This document shows positions 34,052 through 46,430 of a DNA stretch of 64,000 nucleotides, one piece after another; position 1 is the stretch's first letter; each line of letters starts with the position of its first letter. The notes under the pieces were generated by a model that saw only the letters and a program-made list of their open reading frames with translations, had not been told where the DNA came from and searched no databases. The position numbers were made by a program, and so were the translations under genes. The DNA is from Podarcis pityusensis (Eukaryota), in NCBI GenBank assembly GCA_964106645.2, contig OZ067042.1, one strand, 5' to 3'.

Positions 34052-36274
34052 TTCTGCATCTGGTCACCTGCCACCTCAGCCCCAAGCCCAGGGTGTCAGC
34101 AAAATCCAACCACACCCTTCCAACCAGATTCTGAAAATCAGTAGGTTGCCAGCACTCCTGACTGTCAGACCTTACTGGACATTCCTGCAGATTCAGATAG
34201 ACAAAAGCTAAAAGTCCAATTGAATTCAATCAGCCTTACTTCCCAGTAAACAGGCTGCAAGGCTCATTTGCTTTTCAAACCTAGTCTGGATTCCCATCTT
34301 TCTGAGGTGGTAAAGTTCACACACAGTGACTTACCACCTTATTTTTCACATGGCAAGTCATTTGTGTGAAAACAGCCTCTATGGGGGGGGGGGGAGAGAA
34401 ATGAAACACTACCTTGTCCAAAAAAAATGCTTAAAAACATGACAGTGTGTTAGGAAAGCCACTGTGTATTAATCAGCAGCTAAACTTCTCCTTGTCACTG
34501 AAGTATTGAGTGAGGCACTTCCTGCCCCCACCCCACCCCCCGCAAGAGCATGATAACAAAATACTGTAAACTTTTATTATTTTTAATATGGCAGGCACAG
34601 TTAAATGTTCAACCTCACCTGCAATCTTAAGAACATAGGAAGAGCGTGCTGGATCAGGCCAATGGTTTGACTTCACTCCCCGGAGGCGCCTTCCACTGTC
34701 TCTTGAGACAGACACCAACCTCTAGTGGGGAGTGTTGTTGTGTTCAGGCCCTCCTTTCAGGTTGGCAATGTGACAAGCAAGCACTGGACAAGATTGGTCT
34801 GCTGATCCAGCAGGCCTCTTTTTAAGCTGTTATATGGCAAACTGGTGGCAGTTGGTGTGGAAACTGTTGAGCCCAGCCCATTTTGAAGCCCTTTCAAATA
34901 TCACTCAGCCTTTGCCAGAGCAGGAGTGCAGCTATTTCACTCTGGGCAGCTGGATCCACCGCCCTGCCCCCCCCCCCAAAAGCCCATGCTGTGAGGCATC
35001 TAGAGAGAGAGAGAGAGCTGCAATTACATGCCATTTGAAGTGATTTTAGGGGGATTTGAAGTGAAGCCCGCCTTTTCTGGGTTGCCTTTATTGGTAGGCT
35101 GATCAGTGAAAACATTCACAGATTTAGTTTCGGGAGTGGGGGTGGGGGCAAGAAACAGGAATGGAATGGCAAGAGACTTTTCAGGTGCATCTCAGCAGGA
35201 GCTGAGGTATAAAATGCACTATGGGAGATTACGCAGCTCTTGTAGCAGGGAAATTGTATGGACTTTTAAGAGCCGAGAAAGAAATAAAAAAGAACTAACA
35301 ACAAAGGTTTGGGAGAGAATTACTTGAACAAGTTCCGAAGGGAAGAAATGCATAATTTACTTAGGAGCTTTGGGTTTCAGCACTCCCTGAGGAAACATAT
35401 TAGTGATTTTTAAAAACTTAATTTTATTTGATGGGTTAGTAGAATGTATTCAATTTAAACTTATACCTCTGGGTACAGGGCAGTATATAAATTCGATAAA
35501 TAAAATAAATAATAATAATCTTGTTATTACCAAAGCAGAACTAAAAAAATAAAAACTGTAAGATGCTGCACAGCAAATGTGCCCTACTTCTCCAATCTCG
35601 CAATATAAATTATGTGGTGCAGTGTGCAGCTCATACAACCTCCTTGTAATATACTTTCCATTAAAGCTGTGAGAGGGTGGGCAGGATTTCCCTCATCAAG
35701 AGGGCGAAAATATATTTTGAACCCTCCAGGAAAATCTGAAAGGGAGGGAGAGGTATGGTGGATGGGTAAGGGGAAAGGAATGGCAGATGAGGAAGAGTAA
35801 AGCACCCTCCTTTCCCACTGCTTCTCTGTTGTAAATTCTACTTCCATCTGAAAAGGATTCTCTTTTTAAAAAAACCAAACAAACACTGTGACCGGTCTCT
35901 CTTGCACATGCTAAATGTGTTGTTAGCACTGGACTGAGCAACAGAGACAGTATGAATAAAGTATGGAGTCACAAGGTCAGGGCTGTGGTTCACCAACCAG
36001 ATGACCTGCCAGAGGCACTGGAAATGCTGTGTATCAATTATTATTGTTGTTGTTGTTATTTTATGGTTTTAATACTGTGAACCATCTGGATCCTCTGAGA
36101 AATGCAGGGTGTATGTATATTAATCTGAAAAAATGCCTGACAAGGAAAAATCAACAGTTCCACATTCATTCAAATTGTACTTAATCAAACACTGTTAAAA
36201 TGTTTTGCCACAATGTCTCCTCATGTAAAACAACATATCTAATTCTATTCTTATTATATTCATGGAAGACTAGA

Positions 36275-36511
36275 GTACCTCGGGTTACATATGCTTCAGG
36301 TTACATACGCTTCAGATTACAGACTCCACTAACCCAGAAATAGTACCTCGGGTTAAGAACTTTGCTTCAGGATGAGAACAGAAATCGTGCTCCGGCGGCG
36401 TGGTGACAGCAGGAGGCCCCATTAGCTAAAGCAGTGCTTCAGGTTAAGAACAGTTTCAGGTTAAGAACAGACCTCCAGAACGAATTAAGTACTTAACCCG
36501 AGGTACCACTG
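36275..36511. mobile_element. Same Tc1/mariner MITE, copy 2 (left TIR eroded, internal 16-bp duplication)
   Basis: Same internal sequence, with tandem ttacatatgcttcagg/ttacatacgcttcaga. Confidence 0.8.
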
Positions 36512-39500
36512 CAACAGGATTTTTATTTTTATTTTGCTATTTGCAATTTTTTTTAAAAAAGTACAAAATGAAAGGAAGTTGTCCAATGATCACATAATCT
36601 ACAGTTCCTTTCCAAATAAATAAATAAGCAAGCAAGCAAGCTTACAAATTCACTAAGGCTGCAATTCTGACCCCTCAACTCCAGTGTTGATGGCTAGGTG
36701 GGTTAGGGTGCAGCGCAGGCACCCCTCTCTGCTGACTTCTACCAGAAAAGTGATGGTTTAAATCTTCACTCAGCCATAACTCTGATTGGGTGACCTGGTC
36801 CTGTCTCTATCTCTTAACCTAACCTAGCTCATAGGGTGACTGAGAGGACAAAATGAGGATAATGAGTCAAAGGCATTTATTTGAGCTCTTTGAAAGAATA
36901 GCAAAATATAAACGAAATAAATCAGTTAAATAACTGGGATGTATATTTATAATACCATTAGTATAAAATAGCCAGATGAAAACAGCCATATTGTGCTTAT
37001 GATATTATGCCACTTTGCAAGAAGTGTCAATTCACACATCTAGTTTCAGACCTGTCACAAGTACATTTGCACCAGAAAGTGGTGGTGGAGGAAGAGAACT
37101 TTCATAAGGAATTACTTGCATCTTCATTTAAGCAGTGGCAGTCTAGCTAGCCAGTACTTAAGATGAAGTCCAAAGGCATATCTAGCTCTGAATCCTGGAA
37201 GTCTGGGCAAAGAAGAACCAATGTTACATGCCAAATGATCAGAGGTGGCCAACCCAGTGCCTTCATCAGCCCCTGCCCGCACAGCCAATTTGGGACAATG
37301 GGAGTTAGAATCCAACCTCATCGTCTATCTCTGAACTCCAAAGTAGTTGATAAGAACCCATTGACTAACAACCACAGGAGCCTCCCCCCACCCCAAACAA
37401 GCAGCTGCATTTCTCTAAAGTGTTCCCTAAGGGAAGTGTCAGTTATAAGCCTGTCAGTTATCACCTCTGCAGAGGTTATTTGATCAGTCATCCTTATAGA
37501 GTTAAGTGTTGATGCTAAGCATTCTGCAATATCTTTTGAATAACTCTGCAAGTGCCTGCTGGTGAACTGCCATATAAACAGCAGCTGCAGAATTATCTAT
37601 CACCTTCCTTGCGGACACACACATCACAACTCTCTCTTTCCCTTTCCGTCTAATGTCATGCACTCTGAGCACAGTTGCCAAGACAAAGTCAATATTATTT
37701 CTCAGCTGACCTTGCAAATTCAGGGCAGATGAATTATTCCCAAATGCACAAAGAATCAGAGAATTGCAGCTGTCACTCATAAGGTCCCTGGCCACTCCAA
37801 CCATTTCTGGCACTTTGTTTTATTTGAGGCTAGAACATGGCAGATGAGCCCCCCGCTGCTGCCACCACACAAAAAATACTGTGTATATAACTCAGGTTTT
37901 GAATGCACAGCTAGTTTGTGTCCATATGACAAGAATGGCAGCTGATATTCTTGGGCCTTTGTCAGATCAGACAAGACCTCACATTCAGTCTTCATACAGA
38001 CCACAAAATTTTAACCACATATCTGAAGGCAGAGTTTGGTCTTGCTGTGGGTTTCTGATTACTGTGGTACCTTTAAGTCCATTAGTCTAGCATAAAAGGC
38101 ACATCATTCACAATTATTCTTGCAAAGAACGGAGGTCTGAAACCATGGGGATAACAACACCAACAACAACATTAGCAAATTATATAATGATGATGATTTA
38201 TACCCTGCCTTTCCACTACAATTTGCAGAGCTTATAACAAACCATTCACTACAAAATCAAGTAAATAACAACATACTATTTTGCCTGGACTGAGGCTTAA
38301 TTTTCATGTCCCTTACCAAACACTGGCATTTAATTATTACCCAAGCCTTTGTGGTAGATTTTTGATAGCTATTGCAGCCTTGCACAGCAAAAGGGCTGAA
38401 TCTAAGAGGATTATAGGAGCGACAATAAAACAGCACGTTATCAATTTATTTATTTTTACTAACCTCTCTGTCAAAACTAACTTGTGTTAGTTGCAACTGG
38501 GCTAAAAGGAAAAAAGAACTAACTTTTGGAAAGCCTTCCCATCTAAAAGACAGGGCATAGTCACACCTCCTCTTCTGCTGCTGCTAAACATCTGCAAAAT
38601 ATCCCCTGTATAGAAACAATACTTGTTTAAATTCTTTCATTAACCTGAATACATGTAAAAAACACAGCAGTTAAATTTCTAATGGGAATTATCTGTGAGC
38701 TATATATTTTAGAAATGGAGTAGAAAAATGTGGTTACATACCAGAGAGCTTTATTCATAATCTGGAATGTGCCAGCGTACAATTTGCTAATAAACATTTA
38801 TAAGTCTTATGTAAAATACAAAACTTTATCTCTGCTTTCATTCCTACATGATATTCTAAGCTGGGGAAAGGCTACTAAAGTGGAGCAGATTATGCTATAG
38901 TTCAAGCATTCATACCCTCCACTGAAATTTTTCATTAATTTATAGAATGAATGTATTGCTATTTTCTAATGTAGGATATTCATGAGTGAGTGGGCTTAGA
39001 AACACAGTTGGATGGCAACATTCTGATCTTAATGCACCAGATAACAAAACCCCTTAAGGCAATCAACATCAGTATTTCAATACATACACAACCATCGTTC
39101 TTCCTTAAACATACTATGTCTTTTGTCATTAGTATTTTGAATGAGGAAGGGAAGGAAATACAAATGGGAAAACATATATTTCAAAGTGTACAGAAACTAT
39201 CTTCACTGAATAAAAAAGCATATTTAATCCTTGATCCTAGATGGTGACTTGAAAGCATTTTTAATAATGAACGGAACACTTTTCAGGAGGAGAAATCACC
39301 AAGCAAAGTCTGCAGTTCTACAGGAAATCATCATAATCACTATGTATCCAGGCCAAATATTTTCTGGAAGGTGCATTCAAAGTTGCTTCCGAAAGAAAGA
39401 CAGAGAGGTCCTCAATAAATATGAGAGGACCTCTCTTCCTGATCAAATAGTGGAAGCACAGCCAAGTCCCATGCCATCCAATGAGTGCAAAGGAAGTTGG

Positions 39501-40408
39501 TCTGAGTTGAACGACCTATCTGTGCACTTATAGATGCATGTAAACAAAGATCACAGCAGCACAACACTTCTGAAATTTTGTTTAACCATTCTGCTGGTTA
39601 GCCCACCTATAACATTAAGATAATAAGAAGTCTTGTGCAGAACTTCAGTATATATACTGCTTGTCCCAACAAAGCGAAACGTAAGAGCTGAAGAATCAGT
39701 TTTGAACACACCAATAAAATCACACACAACAATGGCCTTGCTAGATCAGCAGTGCATCAGGCAGAGCTCTGATTGAACAATATGGAACATACCAGCTGCT
39801 AGGTTCAGATATATTAGTAGACTGAAGAACTTTGTTGCCTACTTTTCTATTCAAAGTGATTGAAATTAATTAAAAAGTCACAGATCATACAAATTACTCT
39901 AAAATTCAATTATATGTATTAAAAATCAACCAAAATACCCAACATCAACTTAATGTTTAGGATAATAAAATAATATCTCAGAACTAACAAATGCTCACAA
40001 TAAATTGGCAATTAACCTAAAGGCCTTCCAAAATATGAAAAATTAAAAGGAAACAACCTGGTGTGCTCTAATGGTGGATTCTGGGACATAGTGATTCTGT
40101 CTTAAGCTAACTGGCCTGATTGAGCTTATTGATGCATCCTCCATCATTTTTTCTCCACCTTAAAATTTGCAAACATATTTTTAAGCATCATACATCTCCC
40201 ATATGCTCTTTCAAAGGAAGTTGCCTTTGCATGTCTGCCTAATAAAATTCATGCACATGAGGGAGTTAACAGATAAATGAACCACTAGAAAATGCATCTT
40301 CTGCAAAGAGAGTCCTGCCTGGTTAATCATAATAGTTTCACTGTTGCTGCTGTTATTTAAAAATGATAGCTCTGTCTTATTTTCCTTAGAAACCCATAGT
40401 TGCAGTAC

Positions 40409-40542
40409 CTCATTAATAGCAAGCTGTTCTCCTCCTCCACCTGGGTGGCCATAACGATGGCTAGAACTTCGGAAGTCTTCATACAAGTCTTCTTCACTTC
40501 CCACATCATCACTGGTTTTCTCCAGCGATCCATCAGCAATGA
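40409..40542 (-). CDS. ARHGEF4: ARHGEF4 exon, APC-binding region: (x)IADGSLEKTSDDVGSEEDLYEDFRSSSHRYGHPGGGGEQLAINE
   Basis: Acceptor tattttag|TC ATT; donor AAT GAG|gtactg. 134 nt, phase 1 in and phase 0 out. Contains the Asef GGEQLAINE motif. Confidence 0.93.
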
Positions 40543-43500
40543 CTAAAATAATAAACAAACAAAAAAATCAGGAATTGGCCAGATGCAGAATGGAAGGAAG
40601 CACAGTAGGTTAGTGTGTTCAAAACAAGATTATTATAAATGTAAATTTTCAGGCTACAAACAGACCAGGTCTAACAGAAAAGAGAAATAGACAGGACCTG
40701 TTGGAAATTATGAAGCTCAGCAATAGCCCTGCTTTATCTTGGAATGATACAGCTCACCTGTGGCCATAAATTTCCCTGCTTTCTTTGGTTCTGGTCTCAG
40801 TGGTCCCTAGCAAAGCCCTTGGTTTGCATACAGAATCTCTCAAATTCAGTTCCTGGCATCTCCAAGCATGGTTGGGAAAGACCCATTTCAGATCCTTAAG
40901 AATTACTGCTAGTAAGTCCAAGCAATACTGGGTTAGATGGACCAGCAATATTGACTTGGTATAGGACATCTTTCTATGTTCCCTTAAGTGCTTAAAGGAA
41001 ACAGGCTGCCGACAGGGTGCTCAACAGCTCCTGTTTACAAGCCTTCACCTAGGCCTGGAACATCTGTCTGTTTTGATAGCTCTGCTTCAGCTCTCACCAA
41101 ATCCTGCCTGGTTCTCTTTGCCTTTTGCCTCCATATTTGCCTGTGGCTCCTACTCACTGCAATCTTGCTATGTGCTGGGTGTATATATATTCTTATTTTT
41201 TTAGCTATTTGACTTCTTACCCATGCTTCACCATGAGGTGAAATACAATATTAAAGTCAGTTAAAACAAATTACAGTCATTTATAGATGATATTGCTTGT
41301 AAGTGATTGCAATAGCTCTCCACTAATGAACAGAGCATTTTCTGGTGGCAGACTTTGTCTGCACCCCAAACCACCATTTTGTGACTTTGGCTGATAGATT
41401 CCAGTGCTCCAAGGGACAGAAGTAGATCCTCTAAGCATGAAGTCTGCCTAACCATGAACTAGGTCAAAATCTTAGGAAAAAATGCAGCAAACAAACCATT
41501 TGACTTAAGCTTTTGAGAATATAAATGATGGGAACAGGGAAGGGCAGAATGCCTCTTTAGACTAAAGTATTTCCTTCTAGGCTGTTTGTTCCCTTTTCCT
41601 CAGCACGACACTTTATTGTTTCATCAAATGTTTCACTATACTTTTCCTTTACATGCCGCCTCTGCCTGTTCCATTACTGAACTCTATAATTTTCAGCTTC
41701 AAGACAAATCTCTCCCATCATCTTTAAAGCTTTCTGGGTTTTTGTTTTGTTTTGCTCCTTCTCCCTGTCCCCTCCCCCAACTGATACATGATTTGCACTT
41801 AGATGAAAAAGTTATGGTCTGCGTTAAAATGTACTCTGCTAAGCCCCCTTGTAACCTATAATCTGTGTCCTTGCCAAGCACACATTTGTTTGCCTAGCTT
41901 AACTCATGTTCAGGGATCAGCAGCATGAGTTTTCCAGGGCAGTCTTGCAAAATGTTATTTCACCCTGTAATAGCTGCTCAAGCTTAGCAAAAGAAAGCAG
42001 CAGTGGCAGGTTTCTGCCAACTGTTCCACTGCTTGCGGCAACACCAAATATGCAGTTCAAATGCCACATTGAAAATAAGTAAAAGAGAAGGATTTTCATT
42101 GCATTTATACAAATTAGAGCATCCAAAATGTCAAAGGCCCGAGAGAGAAACATTTTTAAAATGTAAGAAGAAAAGCTGCTGACTTATTTTTGAATTCCCA
42201 GAAATACTACCCTTATGCCCCTGATACTTAAGTCATGGATCTAGAGAGCTGAGGCTGGGAAGACTTTTAACCCATTACATTACAAGAACAATCCTAAAGT
42301 TAATGGCAAATCTTCCATTTATTTCAGTAGATTGGGATCACAACTATTTACAGTGGAAGAGTAGTACTTGTTTAAACACACACAAACACAGTGAAATGAA
42401 AAACAAACAATAGTTTCTCATCAGTTTTATCAAGCGTTAAGTTTAAAGATCTTAATGCTTTCAAGCTGAGAAAAGTTCCTTGCATCTCCTCCTATACTTC
42501 ATCTCCCTGGCTATGTATTTACAACTCAACATCCAGAGTTTGCTACCTCAGTGTTATGTTACTCCCAGAATAACTAATCCCAGTGTACACACAAAGTATT
42601 CCAGTGTGTTCAGACCACATCCATTTGCTGAATCTCTTCAGCCAATCATAGGTCACTATGTTTCCCTATGCTACTGGCTTTCATCCACTAATCTTGCTAA
42701 TGTAAATAAGACTTCACCCGCAATGAAAGGGAGGTGAGTCAAGACAAGAGCTCTTGATCTTACCAGTTGACCTTTTTTAAACCCCTCTGATTCATCCTTT
42801 GAACATGTATATACATGAGGGGAAGAGGCTGAGCTCAATCACTGATACCCAGGGATACCTGATTGCGTAAACAAACAGGTCCTGACACACATCATGCCAG
42901 ACCCTCATTTCTGCCTTCAGTCAGAGGCAATCACATCAGTGCACATAGATCTATTAAAGCAGGCATGCTTTCTCTAAAATAGTTCCAGGGCTTGTTGAAT
43001 GTCAGAGGCTAAAGGGGACTATAGAAGCTAGGTATTGTGGTAGACATAGCAGTCCCCACCCTGCCACTAGCTTCCTAGCTGAGTGTGGAGTTCCTTGCAT
43101 AGCTTCTGTTCTCCTCTTTGTGGTTAAAAATAAATAAAAAGAATCTACTTTTCTTTTACACCAACTAGATAGAATACACTTATAAGCTGCAGCCATACTC
43201 CAAAATACAGAGTGTCTTCTTACTGGTGTAGGGTCCAGGTTTTGAGGGGTCCCTAAGAAAGATTATCTTAATGTCCCCGCTCTGAGGACCATCCCCTTCA
43301 CATTGCTGCATGCTACTTCTGCTCATTCACTTGCCCTCTTTCTCTGGGCCCTGAAGGCAACCCTGTACAGGGAGGTTTTTTAAGGTTTAATGTTTTATTA
43401 TGTTTTTATTCATGTTAGAAGCCACCCAGAGTGGCTGGGGCAACCCAGTCAGATAGGAAGGGCATAGAAGGAGGAGGAGGAGGGACTGAAACTTAATTAT

Positions 43501-46042
43501 GCCGTTACAGCTATTACTATAATGATTGTAAATAGTACTACTGTGATGCACTTATGGCCGGTCAAGCAATGAATCACTTGACTTGAGTTTTATGGCATCT
43601 GTGAGTGTTTCATCTCAAAGAGTACCTTCAATTGCTGACCACTGCTTCCAGAAACTCTGCTAAATGAATGAAAGCTTCTAATAAGGTGCCTACACACAAG
43701 TCTTCTCATGCAGCAAAAGTGTGATGGACTGTGACTACTACTACTACTACTACTTGTTATTATTTCCAGAGGAAGAGCGCAAGGGAAGTAGAAGATTCTG
43801 GTCTGTCTCCTTACTCTTTTCCCTGGTTGTGTGTTAGATTGGGCGAGTGAACAGGCAGTGGCAGGAGGAGGAGAAACAGAATAGTCAAGAGGCTCCAGAG
43901 ATTGGCAGTGGACATACAACCGCTGGAGAGTTGGCCTTGGCAGGTGCAAACAATGCCACCCCTAGCCCAGGGCCAACTTTGCTTCCTTATCTAGCTGACT
44001 TTTTTGTGAGCCTGACCAACATACTGTGAAGAGGATCTCACCTTTGCCCCATAAAATATTCACATTACCCAAATATGCCTATTCACCATACCTCAAGTTC
44101 TTAGAGCACTGAAGGATCAAAACTGGATAGAGAACACAAAATGCAATACACAACACTTTTGCTCAGATATGTAGAGCTACATAGAATTTCAAAATGTGTA
44201 AACATTTCTTCCTACACACACACATAGCAATGTATTCAATGTTACCCCTACTACTCAGAGAAGACACACTGAAATTGATGGCCATGACTAAGTTAGGTCC
44301 ATTATTTCAATGGGCCTACTCTGAACAAAATTTAGTTGCATACAACCCATAGAGTCAGCCCAGTGAAACATGTCACTTTCAATTATTCTTGGTTTGAGAG
44401 CCAGGTAAAAAAGGTAAAAGCCTTCTCCTAATGTTTTTATCATAGCTGACCAAAGATGTTCTACTCTGGAACTGAAATCTTTTAAAAGCTCTCTTATAAG
44501 TTTCTGCTTTTTCTTTCCAGTTCTCTCCTACCTCTGCTGTTCTTTGGCAGTAGAGTATACCGCCACAGTCCATTAATGGGTAGGCTTAATTGTCATGATC
44601 AAGCTGTCTGGGTGGTAACCATAACAGTCTGTTCCCAAATATCCACTCAGAGCCTAAATATAGGCATCTTTTATCTTTCTACTTCTATTTTGCATCACAC
44701 CATGTAAGCTGTTACAAACGGTATTGTTCTTGACAACTGTACAGCTGTAAAATTTCAGCTATATTAGGAATAGTCATGTTTCTGTGGGTCATTAGCTTGT
44801 AGGAGCCTCTGAAAACTGCTCTCGTGAGATCTTATCTCAACAATAGCCCATAACGCAAATATTTCATATTTCAAGCATTCCTAGTGTACAAGCATTTGCA
44901 CAATCATATTTAAAATGTTTACAAAAAAATTAAGCCTCTATCATATTGAAGGGAAAGGAGGAGGAGCAAAACAAAAGCTGGACACAGGATGAACCCAGCC
45001 ATTTGTCCCAATGGCCACATACAAGATGAATGGACATCATAGCCAAACTAGTGCCTGTTTTATGAGATTCTAACTTTTGTGCTCAGTAGCACAAAAGTGA
45101 AGTGCTAACCAGGCCAAGGGCCAGGATTTGGTACAGACTGCATTAAGTTACTAACAATATTTACCGTAATACATAACACAAAAATCAGACGTTACAAACA
45201 TACAGGATGCCACTAATGAAAACAGACAGCAAACAAGTGTAGATTTTGAGATGTGGGATTTGTCTGTTTCCTGTGCCCAGCAGGTTCCCCTAATGCTAGA
45301 AGCAGGAAATCTTGCTTTTGCTCAACTATTTTTGCAATGTCTGCTTCTCTTTCCTGTAGAAACTTTGATGGCATTCATCAAAGCTTAACAGAATTAAAGC
45401 ACAACTCCACGTCTGTGATAGCCCTTTGTAATAAACAAATTCAGAGCTTGTTAGAACGACAAATGTTGCTTGGGGCTGTAATCCTTATCCAATTGAATTT
45501 TGTCACTGATTGCATTCAGGCCTGCATGAATCCTCATTAATATGTAGTAACTTATATTTAAAAATGAGCTTCTTCTCCGAATGTCACCTTGCATAAGTTC
45601 CCAAATGCCAACCATACAAATGGATCAATCCAAGGAAGCGCAGTTATGGATTCCCAAGGAATGTGACATTTCCAAAATGATAAAAGTGTAAAATAATTAT
45701 AGCTAAAAGGTAAATGTGGGGTGCCTTTGATATATTTTATATATTTTTTTAAAGGTGAAGGGTTAAAAACCAACAAAGGGAATAGGTCTTGCAATCGTAT
45801 CAGCTAGACCAATTATTTTGCTTTCCTCCCCATCCCCTGAGGTATCAAAGTGAGACTGTACGAAAATGAACTTTGAAAAAAAGTTATGAGGAAACCTGCT
45901 TGTTCTACAGATCCTTTTACACTGAAACACAGCTGCAAAAGTGTTTCATAATATGTATGTGGAACACAAGATAATAGAATGCACATAAAAAACAGGGTGG
46001 TGTATAGTGAATAAAATGTTGCATTTGAATTGGGCTGTCCTG

Positions 46043-46430
46043 GGCAGGGATGGAAGGATTTGTCAATTTGTTCTTTTAGTTTCTAATTTTTCCAATCTTA
46101 AATTCAATTATCCACATTTCTGCAGCTCATCAGCATTTTGGTGTGAATTTATCCTAAGAAATATACTTTTGTATGCAGTTTTGACTAATGTATATATCTT
46201 TGCTAGCAATGTGCCCAAATATAATGGATTTTGGTACGTTCTTTGCACAAATATATTTTTATGCACATTTTGCCATAATATAAACATTTTTTTTGGAGAA
46301 CTAAACCACAAAATTCAAGCAAGTAAGAATTCTGAAGCATAGCTATGCTTTGGTTTGTGTGTTGTTTGGTAAGGGCCAGTTTAGTAGATTCACCTTTAAA
46401 CATTAACTGAATCAATTTTCTGCTCCATTC
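46043..46430. mobile_element. AT-rich non-autonomous DNA-transposon remnant; related pieces at ~21520-21800 and ~31240-31450
   Basis: Recurring agggatggaaggat.../atgcacattt motifs; boundaries approximate. Confidence 0.45.

Larger units (their letters stand above)
2669..40542 (-). other. ARHGEF4: ARHGEF4 (Asef) gene, partial: 7 internal coding exons; the gene extends past both window edges
   Basis: Exons of 134/180/195/180/233/130/132 nt have GT-AG boundaries and compatible phases (1-0-0-0-0-2-0-0). They join into one ORF: ...GSEEDLYEDF...GGGGEQLAINE|LISDG-SH3-DH-PH. The SH3 motif [24 protein letters not shown] and the nested SMIM39-like ORF favour ARHGEF4 over the paralogs SPATA13 and ARHGEF9 (from recalled sequences). 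Confidence 0.92.

Noticed and set aside
37444-37496. Imperfect hairpin centred on CTGCAG (reads ITSAEVI on both strands) as a pre-miRNA
   Set aside because: No terminal loop and short, bulged arms; compatible with chance or a decayed MITE.
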